Shown here: positions 46,173 through 55,228 of the stretch, one piece after another
How positions within the stretch are numbered: position 1 is the stretch's first letter
How the letters are laid out: the number at the start of each line of letters is the position of its first letter
Source: Candidatus Bathyarchaeota archaeon RBG_16_48_13
Lineage (GTDB): Archaea; Thermoproteota; Bathyarchaeia; RBG-16-48-13
Length of the DNA stretch: 64,000 nucleotides
Reading direction: 5' to 3'
NCBI GenBank assembly: GCA_001775995.1
Contig: MEZH01000007.1
Coordinates: forward strand, 9,725 to 73,724
Program-made: the position numbers and the translations under genes
Notes under the pieces: model-generated
What the model saw: only the letters and a program-made list of their open reading frames with translations
Databases searched by the model: none
What the model was told of the DNA's origin: nothing

Positions 46173-47540
46173 ATGGCTTCAGTCGATTTAGTGATAAAGA
46201 ATGGAAAGATAGCCACGTCCACTGGAATCTTCGAAGGGGGCGTCGCCGTAAAAGATGGAAAGATCGCTGCAATTTCCAAGGATCCACTTCTTCCAAAGGC
46301 AGAGAAGAAGATAGATCTTAAGGGTCGTTTGCTGGTTCCGGGTGCAGTCGACGGCCACGTTCACGTGTACATACCGCCCTACACTGTCGAGAACTTCGAA
46401 ACGGGCACAAGAGCGGCAGCGGTCGGAGGTGTGACCACGATCGTTGAGATGCCGTCGATTGGAGATTATTTGACGACCACGGTTAAGAATCTGAAATGGA
46501 AGATAAACGAGGGAAAAAAGAACGCGATAACGGACTTTGCGCTCTACGGTGGCGAGATTATGGAGGACAAAGACACCGCGGAGATCCCCGAGCTTGTTTG
46601 CAATGGAGTCGTGGGATTCAAAATAACGTTCGGCGGCGGTGACACAGCTGTCAAAAACGACGGCATAATCATGGACTCCTTCATGAAGATCGCCGAAACC
46701 GGCTCCTTGGCCACAATCCACGCGGAGAACGACCAGCTCTGGCAATACTTTAGGAAGAAACTCATGGATTCAGGTCGGAAGGATCCTGCAGCGCACTCTG
46801 AGTCCCGTCCAAACATCGTAGAGGCAGAAGCCTTATCCAAGGGAATCATGTTCTCCACGGAAGCTGGAAACAGGCTCCATGTAGCTCACCTCAGCACGAT
46901 GGAGGGTACGGAGATGGTGCGAGAGTCAAAATTCCTGGGCGACATGGTCACAGCGGAAGTCTGTCCTCACCACCTCATCTTCAGCATCGAAGATTACAAG
47001 AAGCTGGGACCGTACATCGTGTGCAACCCGCCTATCCGCTCCAAGGAAGACAATGAAGCACTCTGGGACGCACTCGCGGATGGAACGATTGACATGGTGG
47101 TCACAGACCATTGCGCATTCACCAAGAAGGAGAAAGAACCAGGCTGGAAGGATATCTGGAGCACGCCCTCCGGCATGGCGGGTCTAGAGACGAGCCTCTC
47201 GCTGATACTTAGCGAAGGCGTCAACAAAGGCAGATTCCCTCTCACCAGGTTTGTCCAAGTCATGTCCGAAGCGCCAGCGCGACTGATGGGGCTATACCCC
47301 AGAAAGGGGGCGATAAAGGTGGGCTCCGACGCGGACTTCGCTGTGTTAGATCTTAAACGGTCCCACACAATAAGAGCAGACCAACTGAGGTGCATCGGGG
47401 ACTTCACGCCCTTCGAGGGGCGCAAAGTCAAAGGAAAACCCGTCTTGACCATCGTTAGGGGTGAAGTGGTAGCCGAGGAAGGCGAAGTCTTAGGGAAGCC
47501 CGGGTACGGCGAGTTCATACCATCAACGGTCCCTGAGTGA
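46173..47540 (+). CDS. Cyclic amidohydrolase (dihydropyrimidinase / allantoinase family)
   Basis: DGHVH, GFK, IHAEN, HVAH, EVCPHHL, NPPIR, TDH. Confidence 0.9.
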   Translation: MASVDLVIKNGKIATSTGIFEGGVAVKDGKIAAISKDPLLPKAEKKIDLKGRLLVPGAVDGHVHVYIPPYTVENFETGTRAAAVGGVTTIVEMPSIGDYLTTTVKNLKWKINEGKKNAITDFALYGGEIMEDKDTAEIPELVCNGVVGFKITFGGGDTAVKNDGIIMDSFMKIAETGSLATIHAENDQLWQYFRKKLMDSGRKDPAAHSESRPNIVEAEALSKGIMFSTEAGNRLHVAHLSTMEGTEMVRESKFLGDMVTAEVCPHHLIFSIEDYKKLGPYIVCNPPIRSKEDNEALWDALADGTIDMVVTDHCAFTKKEKEPGWKDIWSTPSGMAGLETSLSLILSEGVNKGRFPLTRFVQVMSEAPARLMGLYPRKGAIKVGSDADFAVLDLKRSHTIRADQLRCIGDFTPFEGRKVKGKPVLTIVRGEVVAEEGEVLGKPGYGEFIPSTVPE

Positions 47541-47549
47541 AGAGAAAGA

Positions 47550-48491
47550 ATGCCCCATTTCGCCTGCCTAGTGGGAGGGAAAGCCGCCAAGAGGAGCAGA
47601 TTCGGCTCCATTTGGAAGAGCCATCAGATGGGAACCAAGCTGTCCGCTAAGGCCTGCCAAAAAGCACACCTGAGATTTCACGTCCTGGACTCGGAGTGGA
47701 TATGGCATTATCTGTCCCCAGAAGAAGCAAAAGATCTTGTCACGAATTTCCCCAGCCTGACAATGGTCCTTTCATTCGCCTCCAGACACAATGGGGCGCT
47801 CAAGATCCTCAGAAAAACCCTCGAAACAGGAATTGCAGATAAACTAGCATTGGACTTGGTGGTGGGCAACAACGCTTATCTAACCAGAAACGAGGCCAAG
47901 CGGGCGCCGGGAAGATCCTTAGTTGAAGCGGTAAAGTTCGCTCGTCGCCACTTTCAGGGCCCAGTGTTCGTGGGGACAGAGGGCATGTGGACGACCTCTG
48001 CGGAGCTCGCGGCTGAGTACGACTTGATACCGTTCTTCCTCTTGGACCGAAACATGGAGGAGAACCTTGGCCAGATCAGGGACTCCATGGGCAAGGGAAG
48101 CGTGGCGATCTACGTGCCATTCATAATATCTGAGAACTACCCCCGCTTGTTGGACGATGTCCTTCAGAGACTCTCCGGATACATCTTCAGGAGGAAATGG
48201 GTTCAGAAGGGCTTGAGAGACTTGGGAGTGAACCCCTCTCAGCCACAGATAAGAGCGATAACGCAGGACAAACAGAAGATGACACCAGAGTTCCTGAAGA
48301 GTGAGCTTGGCGACTTCTTGCGTTCGGCCGCCTCCACATTATCCCTGTTTGGGACGCCAGAGACCGTTACCGAAAGGATCAGGGAACTCCATAAAGTCGG
48401 GTTCGATGTGATAGTTGGATATCCCATCAAAGAGAACGAGGAACAGGCGCTCGCTTTCGGCGATTGCATAAGGAAGGTCTCTGAGACATAG
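47550..48491 (+). CDS. Uncharacterised archaeal protein with luciferase-like C-terminus
   Basis: VGNNAYLT, VGTEG, AIYVP, YIFRR, LFGTPETVTERIRELHKVGFDVIVGYP; resembles an uncharacterised haloarchaeal family (from memory). Confidence 0.65.
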   Translation: MPHFACLVGGKAAKRSRFGSIWKSHQMGTKLSAKACQKAHLRFHVLDSEWIWHYLSPEEAKDLVTNFPSLTMVLSFASRHNGALKILRKTLETGIADKLALDLVVGNNAYLTRNEAKRAPGRSLVEAVKFARRHFQGPVFVGTEGMWTTSAELAAEYDLIPFFLLDRNMEENLGQIRDSMGKGSVAIYVPFIISENYPRLLDDVLQRLSGYIFRRKWVQKGLRDLGVNPSQPQIRAITQDKQKMTPEFLKSELGDFLRSAASTLSLFGTPETVTERIRELHKVGFDVIVGYPIKENEEQALAFGDCIRKVSET

Positions 48492-48497
48492 AAGGAC

Positions 48498-51158
48498 TTA
48501 TTCAGCTTCCGCTCTCTGAATTATTCCCCTCAGATATTGACCGAAGTCTGCAAGCTCATTCCTCTTCTCGGTGCCGGCAAACCACGAAAAGATCAATCTC
48601 TGAATGGCCAACGCGAAGGCTATATGCACGTCTCCCCTCGAGATGTATATAACAGGTGAGTCTATCTCTTCTCGTACTTTGTCCACGGACCAGCCATCCT
48701 CTTTCAGGGCCACAATGAAACCCTTGAGGAAGCTCTCTGGATCCCTCCTGATGAAGCTCTGACCGTGCATAGTGTTCTGTTCTTGAACCTTCTTGAACTC
48801 TTCTCCGTAAACCCGTTTCAAAACGTTCATCTGGTGCTTCTTCAGCAGATCTTCCTCTACGTTGAGGATGGGGATTGACACGGATATCTCCTGATCCTCG
48901 GAAACGGGCATCTTCACCTGCGTAAGAGCCCTTTTCCTGAACTCTCCTCCTTTTCTCGTGGCTGGGACTATAATCGGGGGCGTTTCGAGGGTGTTGAGCA
49001 CCTTTTCCTCCCGAGTCACCTTTTTCTTAACTACCAGCGCAATCTCAGGTGTCACCGCTCTTCCTGCGTGCTCACTGGTTCTGGGCCTCATTGTAGCGAG
49101 GAAGGCACGTTCGGTGAAGACAGAGTGGTCAGCTATGATTGCATCACCCACAGGGATTCTCCTAATGAATTGAGCATCACCTATCTCCTTGGGAAGGAAA
49201 GTGGGGGTCCTCGCCTTGAGAGCAGCTATGTCGTCAGCAAAGATGAGCGTGTGTGTGATCAGAAGGTCGAGTTGGGACAGGATTCGGGTGTCCATGGCAG
49301 CCGGCTGCTGAGTGCAGAGGATGAGACCGCAGCCGGGCATCCTACCTCTCTTCGCGTATTCTATTAAAGGCTCCGAGGCGGCTGTCTTCCCAGCCGACGG
49401 GGCCAACACGTGGGCTTCGTCCACGAGCAGCCACGTCACTGGGACACTGATCTTCTTCTTTTCTATACTGTACTCCACCTTCGAAGCTTCAAACTCCCTA
49501 GATAGGCGGGTCCGTTCGTCCAGTATCTTCCTTGCCAAGATTCCCACTACCAAGGCTCTCAGAGAGTCCCCCAGTTGGCTTACATCCAAAACCGAGACTT
49601 GGCCTTTGACAGATAGTGTCTCTAGACGCAATCCTTCTTGGGAGAAGACCCCCCAATGTTTGGAGACTTCAAGTCGCATTTTTACAGCTCTGATTGTGTC
49701 TGGTTTGTACATGTTCACGAGCTTTCCATCAGTCTGGACACACCCTATCAGGTCGTCAATCGAGTAGTCTGATTTCCCCTCGACCAGATGGCCACGGCCT
49801 TCTCCATCTATTTCATAGCCCTCCCTGACCTCCTTGACGCTCTGCATCAGCAAACCACCGGAGGGACTTTCATAAGGGCTAATCCCAAACGTGGAGCACC
49901 AATCTTCCCCTGTCAGCTCACTTGGCTTTATGGCGAAGGCGAAATCTCTGGTCGCCTGAGGTACATCATCGTAAAATCCCACGGGAACAAAGACCTTGAC
50001 GTTTTCGTAACCTCTTGGCTCAAGACCCCATTCCTTGACCCTCGCCGCGTCTCTTTCGCCTTGCACGGGATATTTCATGCTCCAGAATGTTCCCATAGGA
50101 TCGACAATTATCACGCCGATCCCCAAGTCGGATCTAGCCAGCTCCTCCACTATGACCCCAAGGGTATAGGACTTGCCTGAGCCGGTCTTTCCAGAGATGA
50201 ATACTCGATGAGGCTGCATCACATCAAGCAAGATCTTCTTGCCGAAGCTAGAGTCCCCTGACTTCTCGCAGATCCTACCTATGTAGATGGTGCCGCTATC
50301 ACCCAGTTTGGTTTGGTCTTCCTTGCTCCTGCCAATGAGTACACATTCACCCGAATCATCCCCTAAAATACTAAGAGGAACACTGAGCGAAGGTGTGAAT
50401 TCACCAAAAAGGCTCGTTTCTGGATAATCCCGCCGAACTTTGCCTTCTCCTTGGACATAGGCCAAAGCCTCCTTGATGGAAAGGGCGTCATTCAGCACGC
50501 CCATAGGCGAGGAAATGAGTTTTCTGATCGTGATATCGATAGGGTAGTAGTCAGGGTCGAAGTTGGACAATCTCCAGAGATCAGTCACCAGCCCTTCATT
50601 GGAGTAGGCGGGCAGCTTCTCGGCAGCTTCATCTAAATGGCTTCTGTTTCCATCCAATAGGTACAGGACCGGAAGCATTTTCGACTTATCCTCTTCACTC
50701 AGGGTTGTGCCAGTCTTTTTAACTCTCTTCAGAAAATCAGCGTCCTTGGTAAGGAGGTACATCAGGCTCATCAAGTGAAAGGTCGAAAAGGATGCAACAT
50801 TTGACTCGAAGAAGAAGAGGGCCTTGAAGAGAGCGTCCACAACTTTTTCATCTTGAAGAACCTTATAATATCTGATGAGGGATAGCACAACCGCCCCACT
50901 TGTATTCACATCGGCTTCGCCCATTTGATTAAACCATATCCCCTCGCTTGATTGAAGGGAAAGAAATTTCCGTGTGAGTTTTTGGGATTTTTCAAGGAAC
51001 CGCGGCTTTCCCGTGATCTCATGAGCCAGCAGCAGGCCTTCAAGGTATTCAGTCTGGTCCTTCAGAGAGACGGGTTTGTAAGAGTCCAATGCAGCCAGGA
51101 TTCGTACGAGGAACTCATGTAGAGGTCTCCCGAATTCGAAAACGTGCTGCTCCGCCAT
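48498..51158 (-). CDS. HerA/DUF87-type P-loop ATPase fused to an N-terminal alpha/alpha-toroid domain
   Basis: Walker A GKTGSGKS, IIVDPMG, Walker B LLVDEAH, EYAKRGR..G..LILCTQQP. About 230-aa N-terminus with Y..T.D..(F/Y)L repeats. GGAGG RBS before ATG 51158. Confidence 0.85.
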   Translation of the reverse strand: MAEQHVFEFGRPLHEFLVRILAALDSYKPVSLKDQTEYLEGLLLAHEITGKPRFLEKSQKLTRKFLSLQSSEGIWFNQMGEADVNTSGAVVLSLIRYYKVLQDEKVVDALFKALFFFESNVASFSTFHLMSLMYLLTKDADFLKRVKKTGTTLSEEDKSKMLPVLYLLDGNRSHLDEAAEKLPAYSNEGLVTDLWRLSNFDPDYYPIDITIRKLISSPMGVLNDALSIKEALAYVQGEGKVRRDYPETSLFGEFTPSLSVPLSILGDDSGECVLIGRSKEDQTKLGDSGTIYIGRICEKSGDSSFGKKILLDVMQPHRVFISGKTGSGKSYTLGVIVEELARSDLGIGVIIVDPMGTFWSMKYPVQGERDAARVKEWGLEPRGYENVKVFVPVGFYDDVPQATRDFAFAIKPSELTGEDWCSTFGISPYESPSGGLLMQSVKEVREGYEIDGEGRGHLVEGKSDYSIDDLIGCVQTDGKLVNMYKPDTIRAVKMRLEVSKHWGVFSQEGLRLETLSVKGQVSVLDVSQLGDSLRALVVGILARKILDERTRLSREFEASKVEYSIEKKKISVPVTWLLVDEAHVLAPSAGKTAASEPLIEYAKRGRMPGCGLILCTQQPAAMDTRILSQLDLLITHTLIFADDIAALKARTPTFLPKEIGDAQFIRRIPVGDAIIADHSVFTERAFLATMRPRTSEHAGRAVTPEIALVVKKKVTREEKVLNTLETPPIIVPATRKGGEFRKRALTQVKMPVSEDQEISVSIPILNVEEDLLKKHQMNVLKRVYGEEFKKVQEQNTMHGQSFIRRDPESFLKGFIVALKEDGWSVDKVREEIDSPVIYISRGDVHIAFALAIQRLIFSWFAGTEKRNELADFGQYLRGIIQRAEAE

Positions 51159-51380
51159 CAACGATCCTCCCTTTACCGATCTTCTTGAAGTAATATTATC
51201 TCCCATTTCATATCTGTTTGTTCGAACTAATCTCTGTTCCTAATAGACTCCAAGGAAAATTTCGAGGAAAATTATCGACCTGATGGTAGATGCAGCGGGC
51301 ATGGGGGAGAATCCGAAGGAATATATCATTTGCTGTAGATACTCCCAAGTAGAGAGTTCATCTAGCTGGAGTGATGAAAG

Positions 51381-52343
51381 ATGCCTAGCGTGAACAAGTT
51401 GGCTGCCAAGATCTGCGAGAAGATGATTGAAGAGGCCGGGGAATTGAACATAGGATATGATCGCCTCAGGAATGGCAGCCACGTGATAGACACGGGGATA
51501 AGGGTCCCCGGTGGAATCCAAGCTGGGCTGCGCTCGATCACGTCATGCTTGGGCGGTCTTGGGAATGCATCGCTCGCCTCAATGGAGATCGATGGAATGA
51601 TGGTGCCGGCAGTGAATGTCTACACGGATTTTCCAGTAGTCCCCCTACTATGCCAGGCAATGGGTGGATATCGAGAAGCCACTCGGGGGTGGCTCAACTT
51701 CAAGGCGGGCTCCTACAGAGCCATCGTCAGCGGTCCGGCCCGGGCTTTGGTTCATGAGCCCAAAGAACTGTTCGAGTTGATTGGATACAGTGATAACGCA
51801 GATGTGGCGGTATCGATCCTTCAATCCGAACAATACCCTGACGAGGTTGTGGCGGATGAACTGGCGAGAAGATGCAAGGTGAACCCAGAAAACTTGTACA
51901 TGGTTCTTAGCCCCCTTTCGAGCATGGCAGGTTCGATACAAGTGATTGGCAGAAGCATCGAGAACGCGATGCTAAAGTTGCACAACCTGAACTTCGACGT
52001 AAGAAAAGTGAGGCACATCTATGGAATTGCGCCTCTGCCTCCACTTAGATCACGCAGCATTAACGTTGACGACATGCTATCCTATGGCAGCGTTGTTTAC
52101 CTTTACGTGGATCCTGCGGAAGGAACAGATCTCAGGAAGCTAACCGGAAAGATCCCTTCAAGGTCGGCGAAATGCTATGGCAGACCCTTCTCGGAAATCC
52201 TCAAGGAAAGCGGCGGATTCGCAAAGATAGATATAGATTTCTTCGCCCCGGCGGAAGTCTACGTCAACGATCTGAGTACCGGCGCTTTATATAGATCCGG
52301 ATCAATCAACGGCAAGCTTCTGAGAAAGATGATGGCAATCTAG
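51381..52343 (+). CDS. mch: Methenyl-H4MPT cyclohydrolase (Mch) family protein, divergent
   Basis: MPSVN..A, IDTGI...GG..AG, CLGGLG, SGPARAL, QVIGRSIE, FFAPAEV.VNDLSTG. Confidence 0.85.
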   Translation: MPSVNKLAAKICEKMIEEAGELNIGYDRLRNGSHVIDTGIRVPGGIQAGLRSITSCLGGLGNASLASMEIDGMMVPAVNVYTDFPVVPLLCQAMGGYREATRGWLNFKAGSYRAIVSGPARALVHEPKELFELIGYSDNADVAVSILQSEQYPDEVVADELARRCKVNPENLYMVLSPLSSMAGSIQVIGRSIENAMLKLHNLNFDVRKVRHIYGIAPLPPLRSRSINVDDMLSYGSVVYLYVDPAEGTDLRKLTGKIPSRSAKCYGRPFSEILKESGGFAKIDIDFFAPAEVYVNDLSTGALYRSGSINGKLLRKMMAI

Positions 52344-52674
52344 CCAACACACGATTTCTTATGTTCTTTGCCAAATACAAATTTCCTGGGATAGATATGA
52401 CCAAATGGGGTTGGCCCCCAAGGTCAGGCGAGCAGCTAGCGGCGGACCCCGAATGTTCGCGTTGCTGGCGCGGCCCTTCACAGAGCGATTCTTGGATCAA
52501 ACAACGTTCACGAAGCTGACGCCCCGCGGTGATCCCCTTTGTGAGTGGTTCGATGAAATCGAAGAGTAGCACCTCGTTTCAAAGTACAATATGTTAATAA
52601 ACGCAAATAGGTCAACATCCATCACGCTTACATCCAATTGGATATATGTGGCGAAACTAGGAAAGGTGAAATAC

Positions 52675-53799
52675 TTGGATATTAGCAGAGCCCGACAGCT
52701 TTTTCCGATGCTCAGAACACATGTTTACCTAAACAATGCCTCCACTTCACCCTGCCCAACTCCCGTGAGAAGCGCTATGGCTGAGGCCATGGAAAAGTGG
52801 ACCACGGACGCTCATGTATATGAGTCTTGGATGGACAACTTGCAAGAGACCAAAGCACTTTTCTCTGAATTGATCGGCGCGAAGAAAGAGGAGATAGCGG
52901 GCATCACCAATACATCCACCGGATTGAGCATCGTGGCCAACATGTTACCCTACAAAAAGGGATCAAATGTGGTCATAAACGACATGGAATTTCCAGCCAA
53001 CACCTATCCATGGCTCAACCTCAAGAGAAGGGGCGTCGAGGTCCGGGTCGTCAAGAACGTCGGAGGAAGGATACGGCTCAAAGATCTGGAGGAGGCTGTG
53101 GACGACCACACGGCAGCGCTATCAATAAGCCACGTGGAGTTCTCCAATGGCTTCCGCAACGATCTCAAGGCCATCTCGGAGATAGTGCATCGGCACGGCG
53201 CGACATTTGTGGTCGATGCGATCCAATCTGCCGGAGCCCTGGAAATCGACGTGAGGCGGCAGGGAGTTGACTTCCTAGCGACATCCTTCCACAAGTGGCT
53301 TTTGGGCCCGGAAGGGACTGGCTTCCTCTACGTTAGGGAGGAGCTGATCGACGAGTTCGATCCTTGGGCGACAGGTTGGCTCGCAGTGGAGAACCCTGAA
53401 GACTTCGATAGCATGAACCTCAACTTCTCCAAAACAGCCCAGAAGTTCGAAACAGGTACTCATAACCTCTTGGGCTATGTGGGCGCAAAGGCCGCACTAG
53501 AGATATTTCACGATATCGGGATGAGCGACGTGGAGAGGCGCATCCTGGATCTATCAGGAAGACTTCTGGAAGAACTCGAGGGATTGAAAGTGGATATTGT
53601 AACCACGAAGGAGGAGAGGTATCGTTCTGGGATAGTCAACTTCAAGGTACCAGAAGTGGACAGAGTCCTGGAGGGGTTGGCGAGGAGAAACATAGTGGTT
53701 TCCAAGAGGACAGGAGGGATAAGAGTCTCCCCCCACTTCTTCAACGTCGAGGACGAATTGCAGCAGCTATGTCGAGCGGTCAAGGAGCTCTCTGAATAG
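52675..53799 (+). CDS. Class V PLP-dependent enzyme (cysteine desulfurase-like fold, no C-terminal catalytic Cys)
   Basis: YLNNAST, NTSTG, EFPAN, VDAIQ, SFHKWLLGP, FETGT, IRVSPH; probable TTG start after a GGTGA. Confidence 0.88.
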   Translation: MDISRARQLFPMLRTHVYLNNASTSPCPTPVRSAMAEAMEKWTTDAHVYESWMDNLQETKALFSELIGAKKEEIAGITNTSTGLSIVANMLPYKKGSNVVINDMEFPANTYPWLNLKRRGVEVRVVKNVGGRIRLKDLEEAVDDHTAALSISHVEFSNGFRNDLKAISEIVHRHGATFVVDAIQSAGALEIDVRRQGVDFLATSFHKWLLGPEGTGFLYVREELIDEFDPWATGWLAVENPEDFDSMNLNFSKTAQKFETGTHNLLGYVGAKAALEIFHDIGMSDVERRILDLSGRLLEELEGLKVDIVTTKEERYRSGIVNFKVPEVDRVLEGLARRNIVVSKRTGGIRVSPHFFNVEDELQQLCRAVKELSE

Positions 53800-53835
53800 C
53801 CACCAATCTCATTCAGGCTGGAAAACGGAGAGACC

Positions 53836-55008
53836 TCAGTTCAGAAGATCAAGCGCGGAAAGAGCCATGACTTTGGCGGCTGTGATCACCTGGTCCAATT
53901 CAATGTATTCGTTTGCAACGTGATCAATTTTCTCGTCACCCGGGCCATACATCAGTGCTGGAATTCCATAGGAGAGATAGGATTTCGCGACGGTGGCTCC
54001 GCCAATTCCGATAAGTTTCGGCTCCTTCCCAAGGACAGACCTTACGGCACCGGAAACGACCTTCACAAAACCATTATCCGAGGAGACCTCGGTCGGAATC
54101 TGAGACGAGACTTTCTCGACGACAACATCTATCTTCGGGTCTTGCTTCCTCAGGGATTCGATGAAGGCATTTAGCTCTTTCATGATGCCCTCTGGGGTCT
54201 GGCTCGGAAGATATCTTATATCTAATATAGCCTCCGCCTCTCCAGCCACCACGTTCGGGGCTATTCCTCCCTTTATGGTACCTATATTGATGGTGGGTCC
54301 ACTCAGCAGCGGATGAGGAGAGTAGCTCATTTTGAATTCGCCTATGGCGCTCAGGACCTTGGAGAGCTTCTGGATTGCATTTACCCCCAGATTGGGCATG
54401 CTACCGTGTGCCTGAACCCCTCTGCACCTAAGCTTTAGCCAAAGGGTCCCCTTCTCCGCTATCTCCAGAGATTCGGAGAGAGTCTGTTCAGCGACCATGG
54501 CGAAGTCCGGTCTCAGCCCCACCACCTTCAAGAGATAGTCGACACCATAGGTGCTGCCCTTCTCCTCGTCTGCAGCAGCTATGATCATCAGCTTTCCCTT
54601 CAGCTTCGCCTTGGTTTCCTTCAGGGCCTTCAGGGCGAGTACGGCCGAGACAAGAGGCCCCTTATCGTCGGCTGCGCCTCGACCGTAGACTCGGCCATCC
54701 TTAAGCGTGGCCTTGAAGGGCGGAAAAGTCCATCCATCCCCAGCAGGGACGGTGTCGGAATGGCAGACTATCGCGAAAACGGGTCGGTTTTTTTCGCCGA
54801 TGCTGCAGGATATGTTGGTCCTACCCTTGGCTTTCTCATAGCTCGAAGATTTTAAGCCCAGTTCCTCGAATTCCTCTGAGAGGACCTGGGCGACATTGTG
54901 CTCATTGCCGGGCGGATTTACAGAGTCAACCTCTATTAGGCGCCCTAGGAGCCGGAAAGCTTCGTCTCGATATCTATCTATAATCCCGAAAATCCCTTTG
55001 CTGGACAT
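53836..55008 (-). CDS. M20 family metallopeptidase / amidohydrolase (ArgE/DapE-like)
   Basis: CHSDTVP, YGRGAADDKG, DEEKG, AEQ, EKG, HGS, YGPG...HVANE. Confidence 0.92.
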   Translation of the reverse strand: MSSKGIFGIIDRYRDEAFRLLGRLIEVDSVNPPGNEHNVAQVLSEEFEELGLKSSSYEKAKGRTNISCSIGEKNRPVFAIVCHSDTVPAGDGWTFPPFKATLKDGRVYGRGAADDKGPLVSAVLALKALKETKAKLKGKLMIIAAADEEKGSTYGVDYLLKVVGLRPDFAMVAEQTLSESLEIAEKGTLWLKLRCRGVQAHGSMPNLGVNAIQKLSKVLSAIGEFKMSYSPHPLLSGPTINIGTIKGGIAPNVVAGEAEAILDIRYLPSQTPEGIMKELNAFIESLRKQDPKIDVVVEKVSSQIPTEVSSDNGFVKVVSGAVRSVLGKEPKLIGIGGATVAKSYLSYGIPALMYGPGDEKIDHVANEYIELDQVITAAKVMALSALDLLN

Positions 55009-55228
55009 TCCACAACACTCTGCATGGTTTTGACCTGCAAGCTCTGTTGACCAAGTCTGAGTTTTATAAGGTTAGTGCCGATCCGCCTCATTTGCCATCC
55101 CGATGGGGTTCAGCTGTTTTAGCTGAAGTCCCTCTGATCGCATAGTGCTAATTGACTTGATTTCAGCTGCAGATAGACAAATAATGTGAGTCACTGAATA
55201 TGATATTGTTCAAGTGGGTTGGATCTTC

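Noticed and set aside
52405-52569. 54-codon ORF ending KLTPRGDPLCEWFDEIEE, faintly like a wHTH wing
   Set aside because: The similarity is limited to a few residues and the HTH part is absent.
55085-55175. Short palindromes upstream of nadE (CCATCccGATGG; TTCAGCTgttttAGCTGAA)
   Set aside because: Stems of 5-7 bp are expected by chance; no riboswitch-like architecture is recognisable.
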